From: Priapulus caudatus
Lineage: Eukaryota
Direction: 5' to 3'
DNA: 20,000 nucleotides
Assembly: GCF_000485595.1 (NCBI RefSeq)
Contig: NW_014577066.1
Location: forward strand, 829,071 to 849,070
Shown here: piece by piece, positions 1 to 10,844 of the stretch
How the letters are laid out: the number at the start of each line of letters is the position of its first letter
How positions within the stretch are numbered: the stretch's first letter is position 1
Made by a program: the position numbers and the translations under genes
The notes under the pieces: model-generated
Told to the model about the DNA's origin: nothing
What the model saw: the letters and a program-made list of their open reading frames with translations, nothing else
Databases searched by the model: none

Positions 1-84
1 AAATTGACCACAAGCAAAATGTCAAGGTTGCCTGAGTTGAGAGATCCCATGGAATATGTAGCAGTAATGTTATTAGCAACATAC

Positions 85-178
85 CTGTTGACAACAACGC
101 CATCCTTGATATGCACATGAGTCTTTGGGAAGATTCCCTTCTTGGTCCTGTTACGCATGTTGTATCCTCTGTACCAGT
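85..178 (-). CDS. DOCK1-like: DOCK-family GEF, coding exon 3 (C-terminal half of SH3 domain)
   Basis: Minus strand: acceptor ttgccttccag, 94-nt exon, donor gtatgt. Translates (D)WYRGYNMRNRTKKGIFPKTHVHIKDGVVVN, matching the WYRG...KGIFP..Y/HxHxK motif I recall for DOCK180/DOCK2/DOCK5 SH3. Confidence 0.93.
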
Positions 179-641
179 CTGGAAGGCAACACCAGAAGAA
201 TGTGAACTAGCAAGCAAGCATGCTGGCTCGCAAAAGAGACCTCACTCGGTTTCCACTTCACCATACAACAATGTTAAAATTACATTCTACTAAACGAAGC
301 TCATTACACATACAAAAACGATTAATCAAGTGAAATCAGGGCAGTTTATCAACTACTAAATAGTATTAAAAAAATTTACATATATACAATCAACATAAAA
401 ATAAAATTCCAGAAACATAATTTTACAGAAACTGAATGTCTATAAACTTAAAATGTCAACAAGAATTAGCACATAGTAACACATTTGAACATAAAATAAC
501 ATGCGATTTATCAACATACAATTCGTTCAATCCCAGTAGAATGCATTGCTGCCACGGTTATTGGTGTACCATGAAGGCATCTACCACACGGATATTCTGG
601 TACTAATAGATCCCATTTGAAGTGAGCTAGCTGCAACTAAC

Positions 642-725
642 CTTCATTTCTCTCCGATATATGTACCGAGTCGCCAACTTGTAAAAAGAGGGCCTCCTGT
701 TTGTCAGATTTGAAGTTGGAGATGA
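642..725 (-). CDS. DOCK1-like: DOCK-family GEF, coding exon 2 (N-terminal half of SH3 domain)
   Basis: Minus strand: acceptor atgattgcag, 84-nt phase 1-1 exon, donor gttagt. Translates (V)ISNFKSDKQEALFLQVGDSVHISERNE, similar to DOCK1 LSLQIGDTVHILE; splices in frame to 85-178. Confidence 0.92.
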
Positions 726-847
726 CTGCAATCATAATAGCACTTTTACAACTTTTTTATTTTTACAAATTACAGTGCAACTGCTCTCGTCTCACAAAAT
801 ATAAGGTAAAGAAGGAACACAAAGGACTGCCACAGACACAAACATCA

Positions 848-890
<43 letters not shown>

Positions 891-900
891 CACACACACA
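848..900. repeat. (GCAC)n then (CA)n microsatellite
   Basis: Directly visible tandem GCAC units followed by CA units. Confidence 0.97.
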
Positions 901-1440
901 TACTTTAAAGCTCACAATAGTGCTTATAAATAAACCTGAGCATCACTACCCTAACACTGACAGTGGCTATTTTACATACCACAACTGATAGTATCCTGCT
1001 GCTACCTGCATTATTGGTCCCTATATGATTAATTAATTAGTCAATATCAGCATCATTATGCAGAATGAAAATGCTATTTTGGTGCTGTAATATTTTTGCC
1101 ACTAGTACGCAGGTGACAGCACATTGTAATATTAGTCACTGGGCGCGCTTAGGCCGCCCACATAAGACATTGGATGGATTAGTCTCAGATTAACCTACAA
1201 TCATCTTGAGGGGCATTTAAAATAAAAGTGCCAATTACAAAAAAAGACACAAATGAGTGAGTGAAAAGAAGTCAGTTTTAATTGAGCAACCATTGACGTA
1301 CATTATAGAAGCGAAGAGTATATATGGGGGAGAATCATTACTATAACTTTGATAATTATATGTGTAATTTTTTTATGTGAAAATAATGTTTGAGATGTGA
1401 AAGTCGTGAGATGTGGGCGAGTGATGGCGTTACACCTAAA

Positions 1441-2431
1441 CAGTGCTCGAAATAAGAAAAAAAATGTGGTTGTCCTGCGGACCAACCCAGGCATCAAATC
1501 GGGTTGTCCGCAACAATTTCTGGTTGTCGCCAAAAAAAATATCCCCAAATCTCCTATTTTCAATCACATAATAGATATTGGTTCAGAACACCCAAAAGCA
1601 GTGGTGTAGGCCAGATTTTTTACGAAGGGTGGCAAAGAACAGCAAAACTGCGCAAATAGTGGATATGAGCTTAATATTTTTAACTGGCTCCTCCGCCTCC
1701 CCTCTCCACACCGCGGCCTCGCTCTACCTTCCTGCATCTTTCGTATTTTGGGTGGCCATGTGAAAAGGGACATTTTTGTTCCATTGGTTCTACTGCTCCC
1801 AAGATATTGTTAATTGTTCAGTGGCGGGGTCTGGATTCCAAGGAGGGGGTGAAAAACACATGCGGGGGGGTCAATGGGGTCTCCCCAGTAAAAATTTGAA
1901 AATGTAAGATTTCGCAAAGGAAGAAAACTGGTATACGAAAAAATTTTTTGCACACTATTTGAGTACATGTACAGCCCTTCATTCTGACTACGACATTCTC
2001 CTTTTTTTTAACTTGCGGAATCATACATGAATCCCCACTGCATGTTGTTGTTTTGGCAAATTGCATGGCAAAGCATCGGAAACATTCAAAAATAAAATAA
2101 TGGAGATAAATACCAAAATGTAGGGGTGAACTTGCTGTTTGCTGGTTCCAAATGAGTTTCACACTCTCATAAAGTCAGAAAAGCGTGACATATACGACCG
2201 TGTTGGAAATAGGGCGCTGGTATGGCGTCGCTTTCCCCACACCATAGATTAAGTGGCGGCCATCAGGCTTAAGTGTGCTTGGAGAACCACTGAGAAAGAC
2301 ATAAATAAGAGTCGTCTTTTCGTCAACTTTTCTTGGTTGTCCGCCGGACAATGCCTCAGACCTGGTTAGGTTGTCCGGCACAAATTCTGTGGTTGTCTCG
2401 GGACACCGGACAACGCTTATTCGAGCGACTG
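1441..2431. mobile_element. Non-autonomous TIR DNA transposon (hAT-like)
   Basis: Left end CAGTGCTCGAAATAAG, right end CTTATTCGAGCGACTG (reverse complement with 2 indels); clustered GGTTGTC subterminal motifs at both ends; CTAAA flanks both sides. Confidence 0.7.
1819..1925. mobile_element. Probable end fragment of a second CAGTGGCG-type MITE nested in the previous element
   Basis: Starts CAGTGGCGG, followed by G-runs and an aaaaatttgaaaat tract like the other MITEs here; no partner TIR found. Confidence 0.4.
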
Positions 2432-3224
2432 CTAAATGTCGCCTTTAACGTTTTTTATATATTCAGATTTAGGCACCTGCCTAAAAGCGGAGCTCGCCCG
2501 AGTGTTACGTGTAAATTGAGAGAATACGCTTATCACGTAGCTGCTATATACGCTACGTGACAATGGTGTTTCCGCGCCAAACAAACTTTGTCAAGGTTAA
2601 TTAGTTGCCATGGAAGTCGTGTTATTTCTTTGAAGTTTTTCTCTAGGCGGTACACACGGTTGCCATGCTGTTATATCGCAATAATAATTTATAAACCAAA
2701 ATGAATCACCATACTTTGTTGACGGTAGTATGCGCTACTACGCCCGCTTTGAATGGTTTCTCTAGCGATGGCGTCGAAATAAATAGGTTAGTGCTGCGTT
2801 CTGCACATGTACCGTACGACTTTACTCTACATTATTAGATATAGACGTTTTATCGGCAGGGTGGCAGAGGAAATACGCAAATTTGCATTAAATATTAGTT
2901 GTCAATGAAACTCTTGTAACACGCACCCAGACAGTGTGAGCACCGACAGACTGTTTGTTCTGCGCGTCTATAATTAATATGCTATATAATTGCCCAAACC
3001 GTACCTAATGTTGCAACTTTTTTTTTTTAAAGTATCAAACCCCTAGCCTTATGTCATCATACGGCAAATAAATGAGCAAAATCCGTTGAACCTGACCTGC
3101 ACTAATGAAATTCCCGATTTGTTTGCCAAAAAATGCCGTGGCTCGAGAGTACGTCGACTGGCGTGCTCCAAATAGGACCGTTCAATATGAGGAGCAATAG
3201 CAATACAACTATACCAATATTTTA

Positions 3225-3363
3225 AACTGTGGTCAACGGTTTCTGAAGTTATCGTTGACCGGACGCCAAATGTTAGATGGAACGACGACGGACGTACGAC
3301 GGAGCCCGACGACCCAAGTTGGCAATATCTCAGCTTGACGATGTCAAGTGCGAGTCTAAAAAT
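3225..3363 (+). mobile_element. Degenerate end of a Helentron-associated (HINE/DINE-1-like) non-autonomous element
   Basis: GGACG/GACG-rich tract, then hairpin cttgac-gat-gtcaag and ...ctaaaaa; same layout as 5460-5559. Confidence 0.45.
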
Positions 3364-3569
3364 GCGATTAGGGCCATATAAGAGCCCTGGCAGCAATGCG
3401 CCCACGACGCTGCCAGTACATAAAATTGTCAGGTGAGTTTATTTAAACAAGTGCCGAGAGCGACAGCGTGCTCACACTGACGCGGCGAGTGTTCTGATGG
3501 CTAAAATCACGTGGCAACGAGATCAAGAGCGCACCTTCCCATTGCCGGCGTTCGCTCTCGGACCTCGTT

Positions 3570-4140
3570 GTGCTCTCTCATTCTTCTCTTTGCTTTCTCG
3601 GCTCTTGCTCTCTCTTCCTTCGCGCTCTCTCTCATCCTCTCTCTCTCAGTCTCTTCTCTCTCTCTCTCTTCCCTCTCCCTCTCGCCTCCGATCACATCTG
3701 CTCTCTCTTGCCTCTCTCTCTGCCTCTCTCTCTCGCTCGCTCACACTCATCTCCCTCGTTGTCCTCTCTCTGTTCTTGTCTTTGTCTTTGCTTCTCTTTC
3801 TCTCGTCCTCTCTCTCTCTCCTCCCTTCAGCTCATCTGCATCGTCTCTCTCTCCTCTCTCTATCTCTTCATCTCTCTCTCTCTCTCGCTCTGCGTGTGTC
3901 TATCTCTCCCTCTCACTCTTCACTTCTCCTATCTTCCTCCTCTCTCTCTCTCTCTATCCCTCTCTCTCTTCCTCTCTCATCCCTCTCTCTCTCACTCTCC
4001 ATCCCTCTCTCTCTCTCTCTCTCTCTCCTCTCCTCTCTCTCCCTCTCTCTCTCTTCCCCTCTCGGGGCGGTCCGCTGCTCTCCTCTGTCCTCTCTCACTC
4101 TCTTCCTCCCTTGCTCTCTCATCTCTCCTCTCTCTCTCAA
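3570..4140. repeat. Long degenerate (CT)n polypyrimidine tract
   Basis: About 570 bp almost entirely C/T on the + strand; explains the Leu/Ser and Arg/Glu ORFs. Confidence 0.95.
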
Positions 4141-4449
4141 TTTTGCCTCTTTCTCCGAGGCGGTAGCCTGCTGCCGGCCGAAGTGCTGTATACTGATTGT
4201 CTATACAGACTGTCTGGATTGTCTATCAGACTGATTGTCTGATGGTCTTTCTAACCCTAGCAGACCGTTTCGTGAGCTAGAAGGCGGTAACGTTTTTATA
4301 GTATAACTTCACATAAATGGTTTATACTATATAAATTCCGCGGTGCACCGGCGCAGCACCATGTTTATAACTATGTCTTAACTCGGGGTTTCCAAGCAGC
4401 GGCCAGCGATCGGTAGAAACATTATAAAAATATGGCTACTAAAACAGGC

Positions 4450-4543
4450 TGGCTTTGTCCTCGGCGACAAGCTACCTAAGATTACTTGCCTCCGTGGAAA
4501 TGGACAAGTACGGACAAACGGATAGCCCTTATTTCGAACACTG
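4450..4543. mobile_element. Orphan right end of a TIR element related to 1441-2431
   Basis: CTTATTTCGAACACTG at 4528-4543 is the reverse complement of CAGTG(T/C)TCGAAATAAG, preceded by GGACAA motifs. Confidence 0.55.
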
Positions 4544-4994
4544 GGAATGGTATTAGGCAACCTTCTCGAAGAAACTGTTCGTTGGGATCGTTATGAAAGT
4601 TGCCACGAGATGGCGCGTACGTTTGAATGTCTTAAGATTAAAGAATGGAAGCTCCCATCGTACGTAGTATAGCAACACTATTTGCAACGACAGAATAGGT
4701 AAGCACTCATCCATTTATTAACGCAGGCAAAAACTACACCGTACGTAACTATCACCACCACATGCACTGGCAGGGCATATTAAGTTACATGTAACACACT
4801 GACAGTCAGAATCCATAGAAATTATACGATTTTATGGAGCATAAACCTTCTCAACCAAATTTAGCTTTTGAAATTTCACTGTGACATTGTAGCCTCATAC
4901 ATCCAGGCATGTATACGATTCTACTAAGCCAAACCGGCAGTCAAATTCTTTCTCACAGTAAGCAGTAAACAAAATCCATGTTTAACCTCCTCTT

Positions 4995-5559
4995 GAGGGT
5001 CAAAAGGTTATCGGTCAGTTACTCTTCGCATGTCAGCAGAAAGTACAGTTCATGGTCCTTTCAATAAAGCCATAAAAATGCTAGGTCACAGCTGAAACAA
5101 AAAAGTTTTTCAATCGCTCCGTCAGACCATGTCCTCAAAAAATGTCTAAAATCTGCCCTGTGCCCTATTGACCTTTGTCCTGTGACCTCCAATTTCGGCA
5201 CAGTGGTGGCTTTTCCTACCATAATGCTATACACCGACTATCACGAGCCTAGGTCGAGCCGTTTAGATTTGTGCCGCAATTCTGCATTTCCTCCCTATAC
5301 CTTAAGTTTAGGAGGGAATGTTCCCCTTCTTTTACTTTACACCTCTTGACTTTTGACCTTTGACCCCCCAGCTTCAACATCCCAACTCGTTTTCGGATTA
5401 CCCCCCCACGTTCCGAATATCGTGACCGTACGTCGAGCCGTTTAGATTTGTGCACAACTGTTGACGCACGGACGCACGGCCGGACGCACGGCCGGACGCA
5501 CGGACGCACGCTCATGCGATTCTACAAGCTGCAACTGACTATGTCATATGAGCTAAAAA
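4995..5559 (+). mobile_element. Helentron-associated (HINE/DINE-1-like) non-autonomous element, left boundary uncertain
   Basis: TGACCTTTGAC motifs; internal direct repeat gtcgagccgtttagatttgtgc (~5253 and ~5432); GGACGCAC/GGCC microsatellite 5463-5511; terminal stem-loop agct..tgac-tat-gtca..agct followed by AAAAAT. Confidence 0.6.
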
Positions 5560-7083
5560 TAAATGATATTAGATCATGTCTCATTTCTTCTTGTTAATAA
5601 ATAACTATTACGCTCAGATACGGTTGCGTGGAAAGTTACTATGAATCAGCCTACCCATCATCATGCACGTGAATATATTCTACAGCACGTAGAATATACA
5701 TGACTAAATAGCAGATGTATTACCATCAAGGAAATGACACCCCCACCCCTTCCATCCTCTTCCTCATGGCAGCACTATACTATAGCACTGGAGCTACTTT
5801 ACCCTATATCAACCTCATAAGCTTCCTAGTTTATGCTAGCTTATCGAAACAATGCCAAAGTCATAGGAACTTGCTCAATGAGTTTTTTTTAGTTTACTGA
5901 TAAGATACACTAGTAATAGTATGCTCCAGGATACATGTCAAACTAGCAGTTTTCCATAAGCAAAGGCTTTGCCTCCCTCCTTCTACAAACAACAGTAGGC
6001 TCAATGGTTTTAGGTGTGTATGAACAAACTAACATAGGCTGTGAATCTGTCGTTGTTGACAGAAAATCAGAAGTATGAAAACTAAGCTAATAACAGTTAT
6101 AGCATACGAGCATCCGTTATATGTGCATGCATGTGTGTACGATCGTGAGCTTGTGTTGGATGTAATATTTACAGGAAATAACTAGATTGTGCTTCATTTT
6201 TGTGTCATTCTTAGATGTTTAACTCACTTACACATTCAATAACACTAACACAAACATTGAGCATTACTCATTAGAATGTTTATCTCAATAAATGTTGAAC
6301 ATCATATGACCGAGTGGATGGATACTTCAAAGAGCATCTTCTCACAGCTTTCATAAAACATGTAAGCTCGCTTGCAACAAGCATATATCAAGAATGATGT
6401 GAAGATTCTGTGTTCTCTAAATATGCATAATTGCTCGTGAATGCATCACTGAATGAACTAACGTAGCTTATCCATTTTTGAATGCTAACCTCTACAGTTA
6501 TTCACTGGATTGCTCTACATTCTACAACACTGATTTCATTTCCTTTTATCATTGGTGTGTTAGGGATCCTGTAAGTGCAACCATACGTAGTAAAGGCTTA
6601 TCCTGCCACGGTAATGATGTAGAAACCTGATCTTGTGTGTGTTAGCAGCACAGGGCTTCTTACTGACATATTATCCACTTACTTGTTTGTTTGAGGCTAA
6701 TTAAAATGTTTTACTATTTTTGGCACCTGCACTCCAGATGTAAGGCAGCTGTGAAAATCCATCAATGGAACCAAAGAAACAGAAATGACGTTTCGAGGTT
6801 ATTTCACACGCGTATCTTCTATGCATAGTCATCAGCTTGAGGACAGATGTGTTGCACAAGGCCGACTTTTCCTTGTTATTACCATAACCATACAATTTAT
6901 AGAGCATACATAGACTACACTAAACAGGTCTATGTTATTATATATATATATATCTACACTGGTGTTGTCATAGGTTATATCAGAAATATGTTGCATTAGT
7001 TATTAGTCTTGTGATTTTACATGCAAAATTGATTCCTTATTGGTTAGTAACATACATATGCAGTGCAACATATTGTTATTAAC

Positions 7084-7485
7084 TAGTGTTGTCAATCGGT
7101 TGTAATTTCGTAATCGATCATCGGTTGGACACAAGTAACCGATGATCGGTTACAATCAGTTACTCAGGGTGTTGAATGCCTGCGTGTGCGTAACGTCGTG
7201 TGCATGTATGTGCTTGTTTAGCTCTGTTTATTGTTTGTTTTGCACTGTTTACTACTGTGTGTATAATAAATGTATGTTAATTAATAAAGGGATAACTTGT
7301 ATAGTAGGCTATGATATCTCTGATTCTCATCACTTTTCCAAGTTTTCATTGTTCAGTTTTAAAAAAAAAACTTTTTTTTTTTCCCAAATGAAAATCGATT
7401 ATGGATTTTTGTGATAACCAAGCGCCTTGGTTCGAGCCACTGTTCAACCGATGATCGAGTATAATCGATGATCGTGACATCACTA
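7084..7485. mobile_element. Complete hAT-type MITE (402 bp)
   Basis: TIRs TAGTGTTGTCA / TGACATCACTA; perfect 8-bp target site duplication TTATTAAC at 7076-7083 and 7486-7493; subterminal AATCGAT/AACCGAT motifs. Confidence 0.92.
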
Positions 7486-8214
7486 TTATTAACCCACAAT
7501 TTCATGAATCATTTAAAAATCTAGCAATGAATCATTTAACAATATGTAAAATAGAAAAAATGTATGATATCAGGCAGAGCTATTGAATTCCACAATGGCA
7601 AAATAAGCCTCCATTGGTCCACTAGTTTAACACTCCATGTAGAGGTCTTCTCCAGGAATTCATCTTCCGCGGTAATGCTAATCCTCCTTTATTTTACATA
7701 AAAAGCCACTGTTGAAATAGTAAAGCAGTCCCTTGATAATCCTCTTTAAAAGAAATGTTTACACCTGGTACAGTAACTACAACTAAAACTTGCGCTGGTG
7801 CCTTAAGACTCAGTTAGACTGATTAAACTGTAATTGTAAAGGCAACACTCCCTATCATAAATCATTGAACCCTGAACACACAACTGTTTAAATAACATTA
7901 CAGAACTTGTATGTTAAATCGTAGATCTAAATAATAATTTTGATGATGTTTTTTTTACTTAAATGTTCTAGCAGTCAGATACATGCTGCCTTTGATGATT
8001 GATTGGGTATTGAAAATGGTGAAAAACAGTGCAAACAAGAGTACCTGGGCTCGTTAAAGACGTTTTGTTCCCAGCCTTTCTGACATCCCCAATGACATAT
8101 TTTCTTGTAAGAAAGTATTAGAACAACACCCTTGAAGAAGACGTCATGTCAATTTTAAGAGTGTACCCCCATTTACAAAGTTACGATATGGGAGGTTTTA
8201 AACCTAGGCATCAG

Positions 8215-9042
8215 AGCCCTACTCTATTTCACCTATTATTGCCGATAGTTTTTCTACCATTGCATTAACGCGGCTCCATTGCTCTTCGCGGCCGCGACTG
8301 TTGCACGCTTACACTATATATAGAGCAGCGGCGCGAACTGTTGCACGCGTTNNNNNNNNNNNNNNNNNNNNNNNNNACTGTTGCACGCTTACACTAATAT
8401 ATAGAGCAGGTAAGAAAGCGCGATCCCAAAATTCGCTCGACGCTCGCTGCATTTCACACGATTTCAACACAAATACACATCCAACAGCTTCCGTCTTTGT
8501 TTCTCCTTTAAGAACAGTGTTCACTTGTCATAAAAACATAATGTCTCTGTTCGTAACCGAGCTGTGTCACGCGAAATCACACAAAGACTGACGAAATTCT
8601 CGCGTTCGCTCCCGTTGCGCAGTTTAAGTAAATGGCTGTCAGAATCAGGAAACGCCCACCGGCGCTCTTCGTGACCTCATTCTTGCGCCGCAACGCTGCA
8701 ACGTTTCTCGCGCCGCCTATAGCCCTGTATTTGCAGCCATTTACATAAACTGCGCAACGTGAGCAAACGCGAGAATTTCACCAGTCTTTGTGTGATTTCG
8801 CGTGACACAGCTCGGTTACGAACACAGACATTATGTTTTTATAACAAGTGAACACTGTTCTTGAAGGAGAAACAAAGACGGAAGCTGTTGGATGTGTATT
8901 TGTGTTGAAATCGTGTGAAATGCAGCGAGCGTCAAGCGAATTTTGGGATCGCGCTTTCTTACCTGCTCTATATATTAGTGTAAGCGTGCAACAGTCGCGC
9001 CGCGAGAGCAATGGCAGCCGGTAAAGCAATGGTAGGAAACTA
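8215..9042. mobile_element. Foldback / long-inverted-repeat element, copy 1
   Basis: Left arm to ~8649 and right arm from ~8724 are near-perfect reverse complements around a ~74-bp spacer; ORFs 8301+ and 8778- give the same peptide. Confidence 0.85.
8352..8376. other. Assembly gap (25 N)
   Basis: 25 N inside the copy-1 40-bp array. Confidence 0.99.
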
Positions 9043-9714
9043 TAGCAATGAATCATTTAACAATATGTAAAATAGAAAAAATGTATGATATCAGGCAGAG
9101 CTATTGAATTCCACAATGGCAAATAAGCCTCCATTGGTCCCCTAGTTTAACACTCATGATAGAGGTCTTCCCAGGAATTCAATCTTCGGTATGTAATCCT
9201 CCTTTATTCCACATAAAAAGCACTGTTAAAAAGTAAGCAGTCTTGATAATCCTTCTTTAAAAGAAATGTTTACCCTGGTACAAACTACAACTACAACTTG
9301 CTCTGGTGCCCTTAAGACTCAAGTTACTGATTAATGTAATTGTAAAGGCAACACTTCCCTTATCATAAAACATTGAACCCTGAACACACAAATGTTAAAT
9401 ACATTACAGAACTGTATGTTAATCGTAGATCATAGATAATAATTTTGATGATGTTTTTTTGCTTAAATGTTCTAGCAGTTCCAGAATACATGCTGCTTTG
9501 ATGATTGATGGGGTATTGAAATGGTGAAAAACAGTCAAAACAAGAGTACCCTCGGCTCGGTTAAAGGACGTCTTGTCCCGCCTTTCTGACATCAAATGAC
9601 ATATTTCTTGGTAGAAAGTATTAGACAACACCCTGAAGAAGACCTCTGTCAATTTTTAAGAGTGTACCCCCACATTTACCAAAGTTACGATATGGAGGTT
9701 TAAACTAGGATCAG

Positions 9715-10690
9715 AGCCCTACTCTATTTCACCTATTATTGCCGATAGTTTTCTACCATTGCATTACCGGCTGCCATTGCTCTTGCGGCGCGACTGTTGC
9801 ACGCTTACACTAATATATAGAGCAGCGGCGCAACTGTTGCACGCTTACACTAATATATAGAGCAGCGGCGCGACTGTTGCACGCTTACACTAATATATAG
9901 AGCAGCGGCGCGACTGTTGCACGCTTACACTAATATATAGAGCAGCGGCGCGACTGTGGCACGCTTACACTAATATATAGAGCAGCGGCGTGACTGTTGC
10001 ACGCTTACACTAATATATAGAGCAGGTAAGAAAGCGCGATCCCAAAATTCGCTCGACGCTCGCTGCATTTCACACGATTTCAACACAAATACACATCCAA
10101 CAGCTTCCGTCTTTGTTTCTCCTTTAAGAACAGTGTTCACTTGTCATAAAAACAATGTCTCTGTTCGTAACCGAGCTGTGTCACGCGAAATCACACAAAG
10201 ACTGGCGAAATTCTCGCGTTCGCTCCCGTTGCGCAGTTTAGTAAATGGCTGTCAGAATCAGGAAACGCCCACCGGCGCTCTTCGTGACCTCATTCTTGCG
10301 CCGCAACGCTGCAACGTTTCTCGCGCCGCCTATAGCCCTGTATTTGCAGCCATTTACATAAACTGCGCAACGTGAGCAAACGCGAGAATTTCACCAGTCT
10401 TTGTGTGATTTCGCGTGACACAGCTCGGTTACGAACACAGACATGTTTATGTTGATAACAAGTGAAACACTGTTCTATGAAGAGAAAGCAAAGACGAAGC
10501 GTGATGTGTAAGTGTGTTGAACATCGTGTGAAAATGCACGACGTCCAAGCGACACGTTTTGGATCGCGCTATTGCTTACCTGCCTCTATATAATAGTGTA
10601 GAGCGTCAACAGTCGCGCCGGCGAGAGCAATGCAGCCAGTAAAGCAATGGTACGAGAAATTATTTGCGAATAGTAAACAGAGAGTAGGCT
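9715..10690. mobile_element. Foldback / long-inverted-repeat element, copy 2
   Basis: Ends agccctactct... and ...agagtaggct; arms 9715-10262 and 10337-10690 around the same spacer; right arm noisy after ~10440. Confidence 0.85.
9785..10024 (+). repeat. 40-bp minisatellite, 6 units, in the left arm of the foldback
   Basis: Unit GCGGCGCGACTGTTGCACGCTTACACTAATATATAGAGCA starts at 9785, 9825, 9865, 9905, 9945 and 9985, with single substitutions in three units. Confidence 0.97.
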
Positions 10691-10844
10691 ATAGAATCAT
10701 TAAGATTGTATAAGATTAAAAGAAACTTTTTTCGCATTTTTTATAAGCATTATATTATATGAAAGCTCAAGTGCCTGTGATCATGATGGTATTAGGATAT
10801 AGGGAGAGGTAGCTACTAGAAAACATAAGAATGTAGTAATAATT

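Larger units (their letters stand above)
7521..10690. repeat. ~1.5-1.6 kb direct tandem duplication (about 7521-9042 and 9043-10690)
   Basis: tagcaatgaatcatttaacaatatgtaaaatag... occurs at ~7522 and ~9043 and colinearity continues through both foldbacks; differences are mostly 1-nt indels. Confidence 0.92.

Noticed and set aside
2705..2730. Minus-strand PSTKYG as candidate DOCK exon 1
   Set aside because: No suitable ATG/Trp context or good donor; 19160-19205 fits far better.
3049..3440. 118-aa minus ORF and plus-strand cag|gtgagt donor at 3432
   Set aside because: No recognisable homology; overlaps a HINE-like end; plus frames contain stops.
3497..4242. ORFs of 198-245 aa rich in Leu/Ser
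   Set aside because: Translations of the (CT)n tract, open in several frames simply for lack of stops.
7425..7442. GGTTCGAGCC B-box-like motif suggesting tRNA/SINE
   Set aside because: No A box or cloverleaf; it lies inside the hAT MITE.
8301..9056. Identical peptides on opposite strands (8301+, 8778-)
   Set aside because: A consequence of the inverted repeat; no recognisable protein.
9785..10024. CRISPR-like array
   Set aside because: Units are contiguous with no unique spacers, the context is eukaryotic, and there are no cas genes.
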